20,000 nt of DNA from Moniliella sp. 'wahieum' (taxonomy: Eukaryota), in assembly GCA_003971905.1 (NCBI GenBank), contig RSEE01000163.1, positions 60,992 to 80,991 on the forward strand, written 5' to 3'. Every line of letters starts with the position of its first letter. Position 1 is the first letter of the stretch. The notes under the pieces are model-generated. The model worked only from the letters and a program-made list of their open reading frames with translations. It was not told the origin of the DNA and did no database searches. Shown piece after piece: positions 1 through 10,290 of this stretch. The translations under genes and the position numbers were made by a program.

Positions 1-1801
1 TCGCCCGTTCCGGAAGGGGAGGATGATGGTGCGCTGTCGCCGTCGGGGACGGTGGTTGAGGCGCCCGCGGCAGCTGAGACGCCCTCGCGTGCTCCTACGC
101 TCTTGGCCCCGCGGCCTGTGCATGGCACGCCGACGCCTAGCACGCCGACGCAGCACCGGCATGGCCTGTCGGGTCTGAGCCGACGGTTTAGCCAGCTAGT
201 CACGCGCTCCCCGAGCGTGCCCTTGGCTGGCTCGACGCCAGTCGCGCAAGCTGACAAGGACGAAAAGAAGGCGCGCCAACGTCTGTCTGCTGCGGGCCTT
301 GGGTTGCTGCATCGCAAGGGCGCCACCACCCAGGTCCAACGGGCACCCCGCCTGCCACCCCGCCCGAACTCGTACCCGGTTCCACCCACGGCTCCCGCAT
401 CCACTCGAGCAAGGATGGCTCGGCAGTCACCTCGACCCGCTCCTCTCGTCTGCTGGAGCACGAGAGGGCAGAGAAAGAGGAGGCTGGTGTGGTGGCGACG
501 CCTACCAAGCCGTCGTCGTCGGCTGCGCCTGCACCTGCGCCTGCACCTGCGTGCGCTGCGCCCACGGCCACGCCCACCAGCGGCGGCTTGTTGGCGCCCG
601 ATCCGGTGGGCTTGGACGAGCGGGAAAAGAGTCCGGTACGAAGGGTGAGCCAGTTCATTTCGCCGCGCCGCCTGTCGCGCGACTTGACGCGGCGACCGCA
701 TCGGTCTGCGTCGGCGGCGCCTGCGCAGATGCTCAATGGGCCACGACACGCCCTCCACGCCGCCGCCTGGACGGCGGGGCGGGGGCAAAGTGCGTGCGTC
801 GTCACCTTCGCCATCTACCTCTCCTGTGCCTGGTGCGCGTGCGGGGGGGCGACGGGGAGTGCGTCGCGTCCGAGCACGACGGAGCGCAAGGGCTTGGCCA
901 CGTCGTTTGCCAACCTGTTTTTCTCAAGGGCTTGTTCTCCGTCAGCACCACGTCGACCAAGTCACGCGACAAGATCCACCATACGCTCGTCAACACGCTC
1001 GATGCGCTCGGCGTGCAGCACCGCGAAATTCGTGGCGGGTACGAGTGCACCTATGTCGTGCCCTTGGGCGAGCGCGCCGAGGCGGGCAAGGGCGATGCTC
1101 ATATTCATACGGGCTCACATGCCTTCCGCTCGACCTTGTTGGACTCGCACCCTGCTCCTGCCCCTGCTTCTGCTCCTGCACCTGCTCCTGCCACTCCTGC
1201 TCCCGCTACATCTACATCTACCTCTGCGCCCGCTCCCACACCGACGGCAACGGCGACACCCACGCCCCCCGCGGAACCGGCGCGCAAACCGTCCCGCCGC
1301 TCCTTTACGTCCAAGAAAGCCGAGGAGGTCAAGGGCGAGACGGGTGGGCCCGAGGCGGGACCGCGGTCGCGCGCCTCGTCCATGCTCGGCACGATGCCGG
1401 GCCCCAGTCCCGCGCGTGGCCCGACGCGCATGGCGAGCGAAAATGGCCTGAGCCGGTCCGACTCGCACCCGATGGCCACGTTGCGGGAAGAAGGGCAGGC
1501 GGGTGCCCAGACGGGTACCCAGACGGGTACCCAGACGGGCGACGGCGAAGGCGAAGCGGAAGCGGACGAGACGGAAGGCGAAGCGGACGAGGAGGAAGAC
1601 GAAGAGTTGGCTGCGGCCGGGATGGGGTTGGGCTTGGACGCGGCCCAGGCGGACGTGGTAGCGCGCACAGTCAAGTTTGAGATCTTTGTGGTGCGGGTCC
1701 CGCTGCTGGGCGTCAAGGGCTTGCAGTTCCGTAAAGTGGCCGGCAACCCGTGGCAGTACCAACGCCTCGCGACCCAGATCCTCGCCACGGCCAAGTTATG
1801 A
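1..1801 (+). CDS. KIN1: 3' part of a KIN1/KIN2-like (Par-1/MARK family) Ser/Thr kinase with C-terminal KA1 domain; 5' end and catalytic domain lie upstream of the window; frameshifted
   Basis: ORF 299..1801 carries the Kin1-type blocks PVFLKGLFSVSTTSTK...LDALGVQHREIRGGYECTY and VKFEIFVVRVPLLGVKGLQFRKVAGNPWQYQRLATQIL. It stops at TGA 1799-1801 and is followed by a T/C-rich 3' flank. The upstream Ser/Pro/Arg-rich linker is spread over ORFs 52..648 and 489..1451. Confidence 0.88.
1661..1798 (+). other. KA1 (kinase-associated 1) domain core
   Basis: ARTVKFEIFVVRVPLLGVKGLQFRKVAGNPWQYQRLATQILATAKL at the extreme C-terminus matches the KA1 pattern (FEI-V-KV...G-QFR++.G+.W.Y..L...IL). Confidence 0.88.
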
Positions 1802-1966
1802 CGCTGACGTGGTAGACGATCTCTTCTCTTTGTTCTGCTCTGCTCTGCTCTACTCCTCCCTTACTCTTACTCTTACTCTACTCGTTCTTCCCGCTCTCGG
1901 CTGTACCGCAGGGCAAGCCGTCGGGGCCGGGGCGGGGCACCGTGGCCTTGCGCGCCCCTTTTTCTA

Positions 1967-2021
1967 CATTTCCTCTGTTTTGAGCTAGCACCCCATTTCC
2001 TCCGTTTTGAGCTACCCACCC
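1967..2021. repeat. 27-bp tandem duplication in the KIN1 3' flank
   Basis: CATTTCCTCTGTTTTGAGCTAGCACCC (1967) is followed by CATTTCCTCCGTTTTGAGCTACCCACCC (1994). Confidence 0.85.
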
Positions 2022-2168
2022 CTCGGGATGGCGCCGTGAGCGGCCGTAGACCACGCCCATAGTCTGCCCATGCGCGAGGGTCGCTTGGAGAGACGGGCGG
2101 GAGCGAGCCATGAGGATGAGCATGAGCGTGCTGATGCTGCCGGCCGGGTCGGTCGTAGGCTCCAAGCG

Positions 2169-2192
2169 GGGGCACGTGACGGGGCACGTGAC
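2169..2192. promoter_or_regulatory. tandem E-boxes (CACGTGAC, Cbf1/bHLH-type), putative
   Basis: The 12-bp unit GGGGCACGTGAC occurs twice, with CACGTG at 2173-2178 and 2185-2190, about 770 nt upstream of the flippase ATG. Function is inferred only. Confidence 0.4.
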
Positions 2193-2430
2193 GGGGCGTG
2201 GCGCGCGGAGCAGCGGGGGGTGGGGTGGGACAGTGGCGCGGTGCGGGGCGGTGGGCGGTGGAGGGGTGGAGTGTGCGGCGCGGCGACGCGCGAGGGGGCG
2301 GCGCGGCATGCCGGCACGCCGGCGGCGGCAGTGTGCCACGCGTGCGTCGTGTGAACGTTTTGTTTGGGCGGTGGGGGGTGGGGGGGAGCAGTCGCCGCGG
2401 GGCACGTTGGAAAGTGACTAGTGACTCGTG

Positions 2431-2466
2431 TTGAATGTTCAAGTTGAACGTTCAACTGAACGTTCA
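2431..2466. promoter_or_regulatory. cluster of three GAAnnTTC palindromes (HSE-like or unknown factor sites), putative
   Basis: GAATGTTC 2433-2440, GAACGTTC 2446-2453 and GAACGTTC 2458-2465. Includes the perfect 16-bp palindrome AGTTGAACGTTCAACT at 2442-2457, in an AT-richer island. Confidence 0.45.
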
Positions 2467-2543
2467 CTTGTCGCCTGGAAGACCTGGCGGCTGAGTAAGT
2501 GAGGGCCCAGCAAGGAGTACAGAGCAAGCAGCAAGGAGTAGTC

Positions 2544-2556
2544 ACGCGTCACGCGT
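2544..2556. promoter_or_regulatory. tandem MCB-like elements (ACGCGT x2), putative
   Basis: ACGCGT at 2544-2549 and 2551-2556, plus another at 2338-2343, about 400 nt upstream of the flippase ATG. Confidence 0.35.
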
Positions 2557-2814
2557 CACACGTCAACCTCTAGCACGACCGCCGCGGACGCGCCGCACTG
2601 CCCCCCTGCGTGGCCGCCTGGCTTCCACCCCCCCACTGCCCCGTGCCACCCGCATCCACGCTCGCGCTGCACCCATCATGCATCACCCACCGCACCCTCA
2701 CCCGCCACACCTGACGCCAGCCATCGCCCGCCGGGGGCAGCCACACCCGCTCCTCGCCTCGTGCGGCGCCACTCGCATCCTCTCCATTGCCTCTCCATCT
2801 CCAGCCTCGTTGTC

Positions 2815-2886
2815 CCATCTCCCTCTTCATCTCCATCTCCCTCTTCATCTCCATCCCTCTTCATCTCCATCTCCCTCTTCATCTCC
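2815..2886. repeat. pyrimidine-rich ~18-bp tandem repeat (CCATCTCCCTCTTCATCT, ~4 copies) in the flippase leader
   Basis: Directly visible; one copy is shortened by 2 nt. Confidence 0.9.
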
Positions 2887-2956
2887 GTCCCTCTCCATCC
2901 ACATCCACATCTCCCACGCCTCTTCACCCCCCCCCCCGGCCCCTGGCCCACCCCCC

Positions 2957-5900
2957 ATGGCGCCTCCCCCGCTCCGCCCGACCCCGCCCCCGGCCCGCTG
3001 GCCCAGGCCTACCAGGACGCCCTCGTCGCCGGCGACGCGCACGAGCAGCCCGACTACGACCCCACCACCGACCCTGGCCTGCGCCTGCGCGTCGTCCACT
3101 CCTATGCCGAGTCCCTCCAGACCGCCGACCGGTCCGAAGACCGGTACCAGGCCAAAGCCCGTCGGCGCCGCCAGCATGGCTCCCAGTTCTTCTCCCGCGT
3201 CGCCTCCAAGCTCTCCACCCGTCGTTCCCGCCGCACTGCCCCGCACAAAACCGCCCACGACCCCATGCCCACCTTCCCCCTGTCGACCTTGTTGAGGGCG
3301 AGTCGGATGCCGAGCCGCCGCCCGAGCCGCACCTGCTGCCGCCCCCTCGGCCGCAGCCGACGCCGACGCCGACGGCGCCGAGCCCGACGCCAAGGACGAA
3401 CCGAGCCCTCGGGCCAAGAGGAAGGCCCCGCCCGCCAGGAGACGCGTCTATGTCAACATCCCCCTCCCCGCCAGCGAGCTCAACAAGCACGGCGAGCCCC
3501 GCACGCTGTATGCGCGCAACAAGGTGCGCACCGCCAAGTACACTCCCCTTTCCTTTTTGCCCAAGTTTCTGTTTGAACAATTTCGCCGCATTGCCAACGT
3601 ATATTTCCTCGTCCTCATCTTTCTCCAATTGCGCGTCGAGTTTACCGCGGGTGCGTCCGTGCCGCAGATCTCGATGCTGCCGCTCGTTGCCATCTTGGCC
3701 ATCACCGCCATCAAGGACGGCATTGAGGACTACCGCCGTCATTTGCTCGACAATACGGTAAACAACGAACAGGTCTCCCGCCTCGGCGCCGGATGGCGCA
3801 ACGTTAACCAACCCTTGACGCACGCGGCTGGTTCCGCCGTCTGTTGGGTCTCTCCAGTCCTCGCTCCACCTCCAAACCCTCCAAGGGAGTGCGCAAGCTT
3901 CGCGCCGAATACGCCAAGGGGAACCAATAGCGCTCCAGCAACTGTCGGCGGCCGGGCCGGCCGAGGAAGCAGAGGAGCAGGACAGGAAGCGGGACGAGAC
4001 GTATGGCGCATTCGCACCCGATGCCGGACAGAGCCGGCACAACCTTCTTGAGCCACCGAATATGGCTCCCTCGTGGTCCAGCACCACCGCCGTCGACCCA
4101 ACGGCGGCCCCGCCGGCCGAGGTGGTGGATCCAACGATCCAGGCATCGGGCACGGCGGCGTGGGAACGCACGCTGTGGAAAAAAATCGAGGTGGGCGACC
4201 TTGTTTTGCTGCAGGAGGACAATGAGGTGCCGGCCGACATGATTGTGTTGGCCACGTCGGACGAGGATGGCCAGGCGTACGTCGAAACCAAAAACTTAGA
4301 CGGCGAAACCAACCTCAAACCCCGCCGGGCTGTCAAGGTAACCCAAGGCATCCAGACCGAGGCCGATCTGGAGCGAGCGCGATTCGTGGTGGATGTGGAA
4401 GCCGCACCCCAACTTGTATGCGTTCAACGCTGTCTTGGAGTACAACCCGGCGCGTGTTTCTCTCGACACGCCCACCTCAGCGGCGCCTCCTCCTCGGGAA
4501 AGCCAGCCTTTGTCTTGACCCTCCCCGGCCAAAGGGGCGGGCGAAACCAAGATTGAACCAGTGACGATTGACGAGCTGCTGCTGCGCGGGTGCACGTTGC
4601 GCAATACCCGCTGGGTTGTGGGTCTGTCGTTCGTGTTACCGGCCGCGCGATACGAAGATTATGTCTCAACTCGGGCGAGACGCCGTCCAAGCGGTCGAAA
4701 TCGAAAAGGAGACCAACTTTATGTGCTGATCAACTTTATCATTCTCATTCTCATGTGCCTTGTCTGCGGCATCCTGGGCGGCGTGTTTAGCGGCAAGACG
4801 GATACGTCGCGCACCTACTACGAACGCAATTCCCTCTACGGCTCCACGCCTGCTGCCAACGGCATCATCCTCTTCTTGTGAGTAATTTTTGGGGGGGGGG
4901 AGGGGGGCGGCAAGCGCCCGACATTTTTTTGGTTGGATATACTAACCCATTTGCTTTACCTAGCTCGACCATGATTGCGTTCCAGAACATCGTCCCCATT
5001 TCGCTTTACATTTCGATCGAGATTGTCAAGACGATTCAAGCGTGGTTTATCTATCGGGATGTGGAGATGTACTATGAACCACTGGATTATCCGTGTGTGC
5101 CCAAGACGTGGAACATTGCCGACGATCTGGGGCAAATCGAGTATGTGTTTTCAGACAAGACGGGCACGTTGACGCAAAACGTGATGGAGTTTAAGAAATG
5201 TTCGGTGGCCGGCGTGGCGTATGGGGACGGCATGACGGAGGCCATGGTCGGTTCGCTGCGCCGCCAAGGCAAGCTGGTCACCGAGAAGGACATGGAGGAA
5301 GAGGAGGCCAAATTGGTGCAGGACAAGCAGACGATGTTGCAAGTGTTCACCGACGGTTGCCCTAACAAGTACCTCCAGCCGGACCAGATGACGATCGTCG
5401 CACGCCGCTGGCGCGTACGCTGGCAGGGCAGACGGGCGCGAAAGAAAAGGACGATGCCTTGCGCTTTTTCCGTGCGTTGGCACTCTGCCACACGCGCTTG
5501 TCGACAAGTCTGGGACCAAGATTGAGTACAAGGCCGAGTCGCCGGACGAAGCGGCGCTGGTGGCGGCTGCGCGAGACATGGGGTGTGTCTTCCTCCAGCG
5601 CACACGCAGTCGGTAGAGATTGAGTGCAAGGACGTACCGAACGGTACGAGCCGCTGCAGGTACTTGCATTCAACTCGACGCGCAAGCGCATGAGTACCAT
5701 TTGCGCGAGACGACGGGCTCACGGCGAATCATTCTGCTGATCAAAGGAGCCGACTCGGTCATTTACGAACGCCTTGCCCTCGATCACGATCCGGAGCTCA
5801 AGGCGCGCACCATCAAGGACTTGGAAACGTTTGCCAATGCGGGGCTGCGTACGCTGTGTGGCGTACAAGTACTTGTCCGAGGAAGAGTACACGGCTTGGT

Positions 5901-8617
5901 CCGTGGGCCATGCGGCGGCGGCGGCAGCGTTGACGGACCGCGACGATAAGCTGGATGCGTCGGCGGCCGAGATTGAGGAAGGGTTGTATTTGCTGGGTGC
6001 AACGGCGCTGGAAGACAAGCTGCAACAGGGTGCGCCCGATGCGATTGCTCAGTTGCGCCGGGCGGGGATCAAACTGTGGATCTTGACCGGGGACAAGTTG
6101 CAGACGGCGATCGAGATTGGGTTCAGCTGCAACTTGCTCTCGACCGACATGGACATCTTTATCATTTCTTCCGACTCGGCTGTGGCGGCGAAAGCGCAGA
6201 TTGAAGCTGCCTGTGACAAGGTCGCCGCAGCAGGCCGACCCATCTTGGTAGGAAAGACGACGCGCGCGGCTCCTCGCGATCCCACTCTTCCCACCGCAGC
6301 TCCCAAGGATGGATTTGCGGTGGTGATTGACGGGAGACGCTCAAGTGGGCGTTGGACAAGGAGACCAAGGAGTTGTTCCTCGGGCTGAGCACCAACTGTG
6401 AGGCGGTAGTGTGTTGCCGTGTTCGCCAGCTCAGAAGGCACAAGTGGTACGGCTGGTCAAACAGGGCCGCGGTTCGATGACCCTTGCCATTGGCGATGGA
6501 GCCAACGATGTGGCCATGATTCAAGAAGCACACTGCGGCGTGGGCATTGCCGGGCGCGAGGGGGCCCAGGCGGCCATGTCGGCCGACTATGCCATTGGCC
6601 AGTTCCGCTTCCTCGTCCGCTTCTCCTCGTCCATGGCCACTGGTCCGTGGTGCGTATCGCACGGATGCACTGTGTGTTTTTCTTCAAGAACCTGATTTGG
6701 ACCTTGGTCCTAGCCTGGTTCCAGCTCATGGTGTACGTCCCCTTGTTTCTCTTGATTTTGTCTGCTTTGTGTTGTGTTGGCTGTGCTGCCATTGGCGCGT
6801 TGGCTGACCTCTTGTCTTTGTCTGGACGCACAGTGAGTTTGACGGCACCTATCTCGTCCCTTACCCGTTCGTCTTGTTGTTCAATTTGATCTTTACCAGC
6901 CTGCCCAGCATCATTCTCGGAGCCCTGGACCAAGATGTGAACGCGACGGCGCTGCTGGCTGTCCCCGAGACCTACGTCAAAGGTATCACCGGTGCCTACT
7001 ACACGCGTCGATCTTTTTCGAGTGGATCTTTGACGCGGTGTACCAGTCGGTCGTGTGCTTCTTCATCCCTGGGCTATGGCTCACAATTTTGCCGTAGCCA
7101 ATGCAAGTGGGCACGATATGGGTGGGATGTACCTATTTGGCATGACGGTGCCGGCGCTGCGGTGACTTGTGCCAATTTGGTCGCGGCCATCATCAGCAAC
7201 TACTGGACGTGGCTGTTTTGGGTGATTGAGGTGGGCTCGATTCTTTCCTTTTTCATCTTTGCTGCGATCTATTCGGCGTTCAACTCGTTTATCTTTGACG
7301 ATGTGGCATATTGGCTGTATGGCTCGGTGCTGTTCTGGGCCACGTTGGCACTGACGGTGATCGCGTCGCTGCTGCCCCGATTTGTGTACCATGCCTGGCA
7401 CATCTGCTTTTCCCCTGGCGACGATGACATTGTGCGGGAACAGTGGGTGGCTGGCGATCTCAAAGACCGCCTCGGTCTGGCGCATCGGAACGAACGGCAT
7501 GCCCAACGCCGCCGTCGCCGCTGGGTACTGCGACCGAGGCTTCCCCCCCGCCGCACGACAGCCTGGCGACCGACTTGGAAAACCCACCGCCGCCAGGGCT
7601 GGCACTCGCGCCACCCGACGCGCCGCTCGGGCGACTCGTTGGCCGAGTTGGTGGATGGCTATCGTCTGGGCCCGGCCTGGACGCGGGACCGGTTGTCGAT
7701 GACCAGTGGACCGTGCTGGACCCGATCAAGCCACTGCCCGGAGGGGATCGGGAGGCTACATGGGAGACGCCTGCGCCTTCGTCGTCGGCGTGGAAAGCAA
7801 TGACACACGCAGCACATTGACCTTGGTGGATGACGCGTATGGGTCGGTGATCCGGATGGACAACCCGCCTCCGATGCCCCCGCTGCCGGCCGACCTGAGC
7901 ACCGACAAGGACATTCGGCTCATTGATGCCGAGCCCGATGTGTTCGCCACCAAGGCCGGGACCGACAGCTACACGTACCCGTATCCGGGCGAAGACCGAT
8001 TTGTCTCGGAACGAGCCGGGGACCGGAGCGGAACGCCGATTGAGTACGAAGCGTACGAGGCGCCTCAGTCGCCCACCACGCCGGTGAGCCCCGGGCGCAG
8101 GTACCATGATCGGTTCAAGCATGTGCCGGGATCGGCGCCTCCGGTGCCCACGGTGCCTACTAGCGCCGAGGCGGCTGGGGCAGCGAGCGCAGTAGGCTCG
8201 GTGGCCCAGCGAGGGTCGAGGGTAGGAGGCGCCTCACTTGCGTCCAGCACGTACACGTCCGACTCGTATGCGCCAGCGGGCGGTAGTGGGCTTGTGCGCG
8301 GACCCAGCGAGAGCAGTGCATTGTCCGGCCGAGGCCTGGCGCCCCACCTGTCGTCCTACCCGCTCGACGGTCGCCGCGCCCTTGGCGCCCCTCCCCCCCG
8401 CCTTACCCGAGACGGAGATGGATGTGTGGACGAGCGAGCCGAGCGCGGCCATGCCGCCGCTGCAGCCCCGTCTGCGCCTGCGGCGTCCAGCACCGCGCCT
8501 GGACCTGGGCTCGCGCACACCACTTGGTCCAACCCGGCCCACCCGCACATCAGCTCCTCCTTCTCCACGGGGCCATTTGAGTTTGACCGCGACTCGTTCT
8601 ACCAGCATCACAGGTGA
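2957..8617 (+). CDS. DNF1: P4-type ATPase phospholipid flippase, Dnf1/Dnf2/Apt1 subfamily (spliced; many apparent sequencing frameshifts)
   Basis: Motifs appear in the correct order across frames: [49 protein letters not shown] (A domain); [34 protein letters not shown] (TM4); [19 protein letters not shown] (phosphorylated Asp at 5154); [115 protein letters not shown]. The start is the nearest ATG (2957) and needs a frameshift into the [13 protein letters not shown] frame. The stop is taken from ORF 7706..8617. Confidence 0.95.
4878..4963 (+). other. spliceosomal intron (86 nt) in the flippase
   Basis: GTGAGT donor at 4878, TACTAAC branch point at 4940-4946, TAG acceptor at 4961-4963. Removal joins the frames to give [21 protein letters not shown]. 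Confidence 0.95.
6733..6833 (+). other. spliceosomal intron (101 nt) in the flippase
   Basis: GTACGT donor at 6733, GCTGAC branch at 6803-6808, CAG acceptor at 6831-6833. Removal gives [30 protein letters not shown], the expected TM5-TM6 loop. Confidence 0.92.
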
Positions 8618-8902
8618 GGCTGGTTTTGGTTTCGCGGTGCCCCCCGTCGCCTCGCTCCTCTCGTACCCGCTGTATTCGATCCTCCCCCTACCCGTCTACC
8701 GCCTACCTAGGCGGCTTACCTCTTACCTCTTACCTCCTACTTATCTCAATCCCCCTCTTGAACCCTCGCCTTGAGGGCTCGGCACTCCCCCCACCCCCCA
8801 CCCCCTTCCATTCGTTTGCGTTTCATTGCAGCCCCATACCCTTGCATCAACGTTCAACAGCTCTCCCCCCAACCCCGCCTCCCAATCTTTCTCTCCTTCC
8901 CT

Positions 8903-8990
8903 CCCATTTCCCCCTCGCCCCTTTCCCCCGTTCCCCCATTCCCCTCGCCCCCTTTCCCCCGTTCCCCCATTCCCCCTCGCCCCCGTTCCC
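8903..8990. repeat. C/T-rich ~31-bp tandem repeat (~2.7 copies) in the flippase 3' flank
   Basis: Unit approximately CCCATTCCCCCTCGCCCCTTTCCCCCGTTCC, repeated with homopolymer length variation. Confidence 0.8.
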
Positions 8991-9260
8991 TTGTTTTCTG
9001 ACTACCGATCCAGCCTCCGGCCTAAGGCCTAACCCAACCTCGCTCGGTCCCTCTCTTGTCCATCCACTGTGGCAGACGGGGAAAAAAAGTACGTAGGACA
9101 GGTGTGTGTTGGTTGGGACGTCCCAGTGCGCTTGCGGGGAAAAGGACGCATTAGGCCACTCCATGCGGGAAAGGTTGTGGCAGTGGAGAGGGACCTAGGA
9201 GGCACTTCCCAACGCGATCTTTCATCTCCAATCTCGCAGCCGCGTCGTACGAGAAGATGG

Positions 9261-9298
9261 ATGGATGAGATGGATGAGATGGATGAGATGGATGAGAT
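9261..9298. repeat. (ATGGATGAG)x4 tandem repeat
   Basis: Four perfect 9-bp copies at 9261-9296, followed by degenerate TGAGAT units to about 9328. Confidence 0.9.
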
Positions 9299-10290
9299 CT
9301 GAGATCGACTGAGATGTCGATGAGATGAGCACTGGAGGACACCACAGCGGGTTTCATTCATGCCACGTTGCAGGTGGATGGGACGAAGTGGAGAGCGGCA
9401 CAGCTGCCGCGCCTCCTCGCCCTGGAGCTTGTATAGCTAATACGCAGCTGCCGCCCCATGTGCGGCGGGCCCAAAGAAGAGGCCATGTGGTGGCCAGGCG
9501 CACGCAGTAGTCAATATAGTAGTCAGTAGTCGGTACTAAGTGCTAGTGAAGCTAGTGAAGCTTGAAGCTTGAAGCCAGTGAGCTATATAGTGAGCACGCC
9601 TGGCACAAACAAGGCATCAAAAGGGCGATTTGCGGTGGCCGTCACACGACCGATGCAGCATGCATCACATGTCACAGTTATGTTCGAGGGATGGTGGTTT
9701 CACTGGGCCATCGGAGCGCCAGACGTAGCGGCATGGCGGGAGTGTATCGGATTATAGTGTCTCGGATGCGAGCAGGGACCCTTGTCGGACCATCGTTGGG
9801 GATCGGGACAGCAGGGGGCAGTGCACTCCTCACGCTCGGAGCGCGGGAGAGACATGTGGCGCGCGGGAAGCGCGGCGGGGGGCAGCGTGCGGTCGCATCA
9901 GGGAGCACCTGGGGAGCGTACTGGGTACTGGTGGCACCCGCTGCCGCCAGAGCCCCGAGGGTGCTGCCTGCAGGCGGGTCGAGGAGAGCAGAGCGGGTGT
10001 TGGTCATTATTATATGCTGCGTGGCACGGAGAGGAGGCCAAGACGGCAGGTGGGCCAGCGGCTTCTTCTTTTTGCCACCACGACCTCGCCTCCTTGGCTT
10101 GGCTCGGCTTGGCTCCGCCTGCCCTGGCAGCTGGACTCGCGTCCGAGCTGTCTGCTGTTGTGCTTCCAGCGCAAGTCTTCGCCCTCACTCGCATCGCTCC
10201 TCTGCGCTTTTCGTTGCGCTTTTCTCTGCGCTCGTCTCCCCACCAGTCCTCTTCGCCTTTCTCCCGCCGCCTTCCGCTTCCTCCGCTTCT

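Noticed and set aside
646..651. GTGAGC possible intron donor in KIN1
   Set aside because: No convincing branch point/acceptor pair follows, and the frame reads through as plausible protein (RRVSQFISPRRLSRD).
1967..2021. GTTTTGAGCTA x2 resembles the Cas9 repeat/sgRNA start GTTTTAGAGCTA
   Set aside because: Only two adjacent copies, no unique spacer, no cas genes and a eukaryotic context; it is a simple tandem duplication.
2924..4351. 475-aa minus-strand ORF and many other long antisense or overlapping ORFs
   Set aside because: Shadows of GC-rich coding sequence on the opposite strand or frame, with no recognisable motifs.
2957..8617. Programmed ribosomal frameshifting or pseudogene status for the flippase
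   Set aside because: There are too many shifts, they occur in every gene, they often fall in base runs, and catalytic and splice motifs are preserved. Sequencing error is the simpler explanation.
9028..9035. CCTAACCC telomere-like or telomerase-template-like octamer
   Set aside because: A single short match with no array and no supporting structure.
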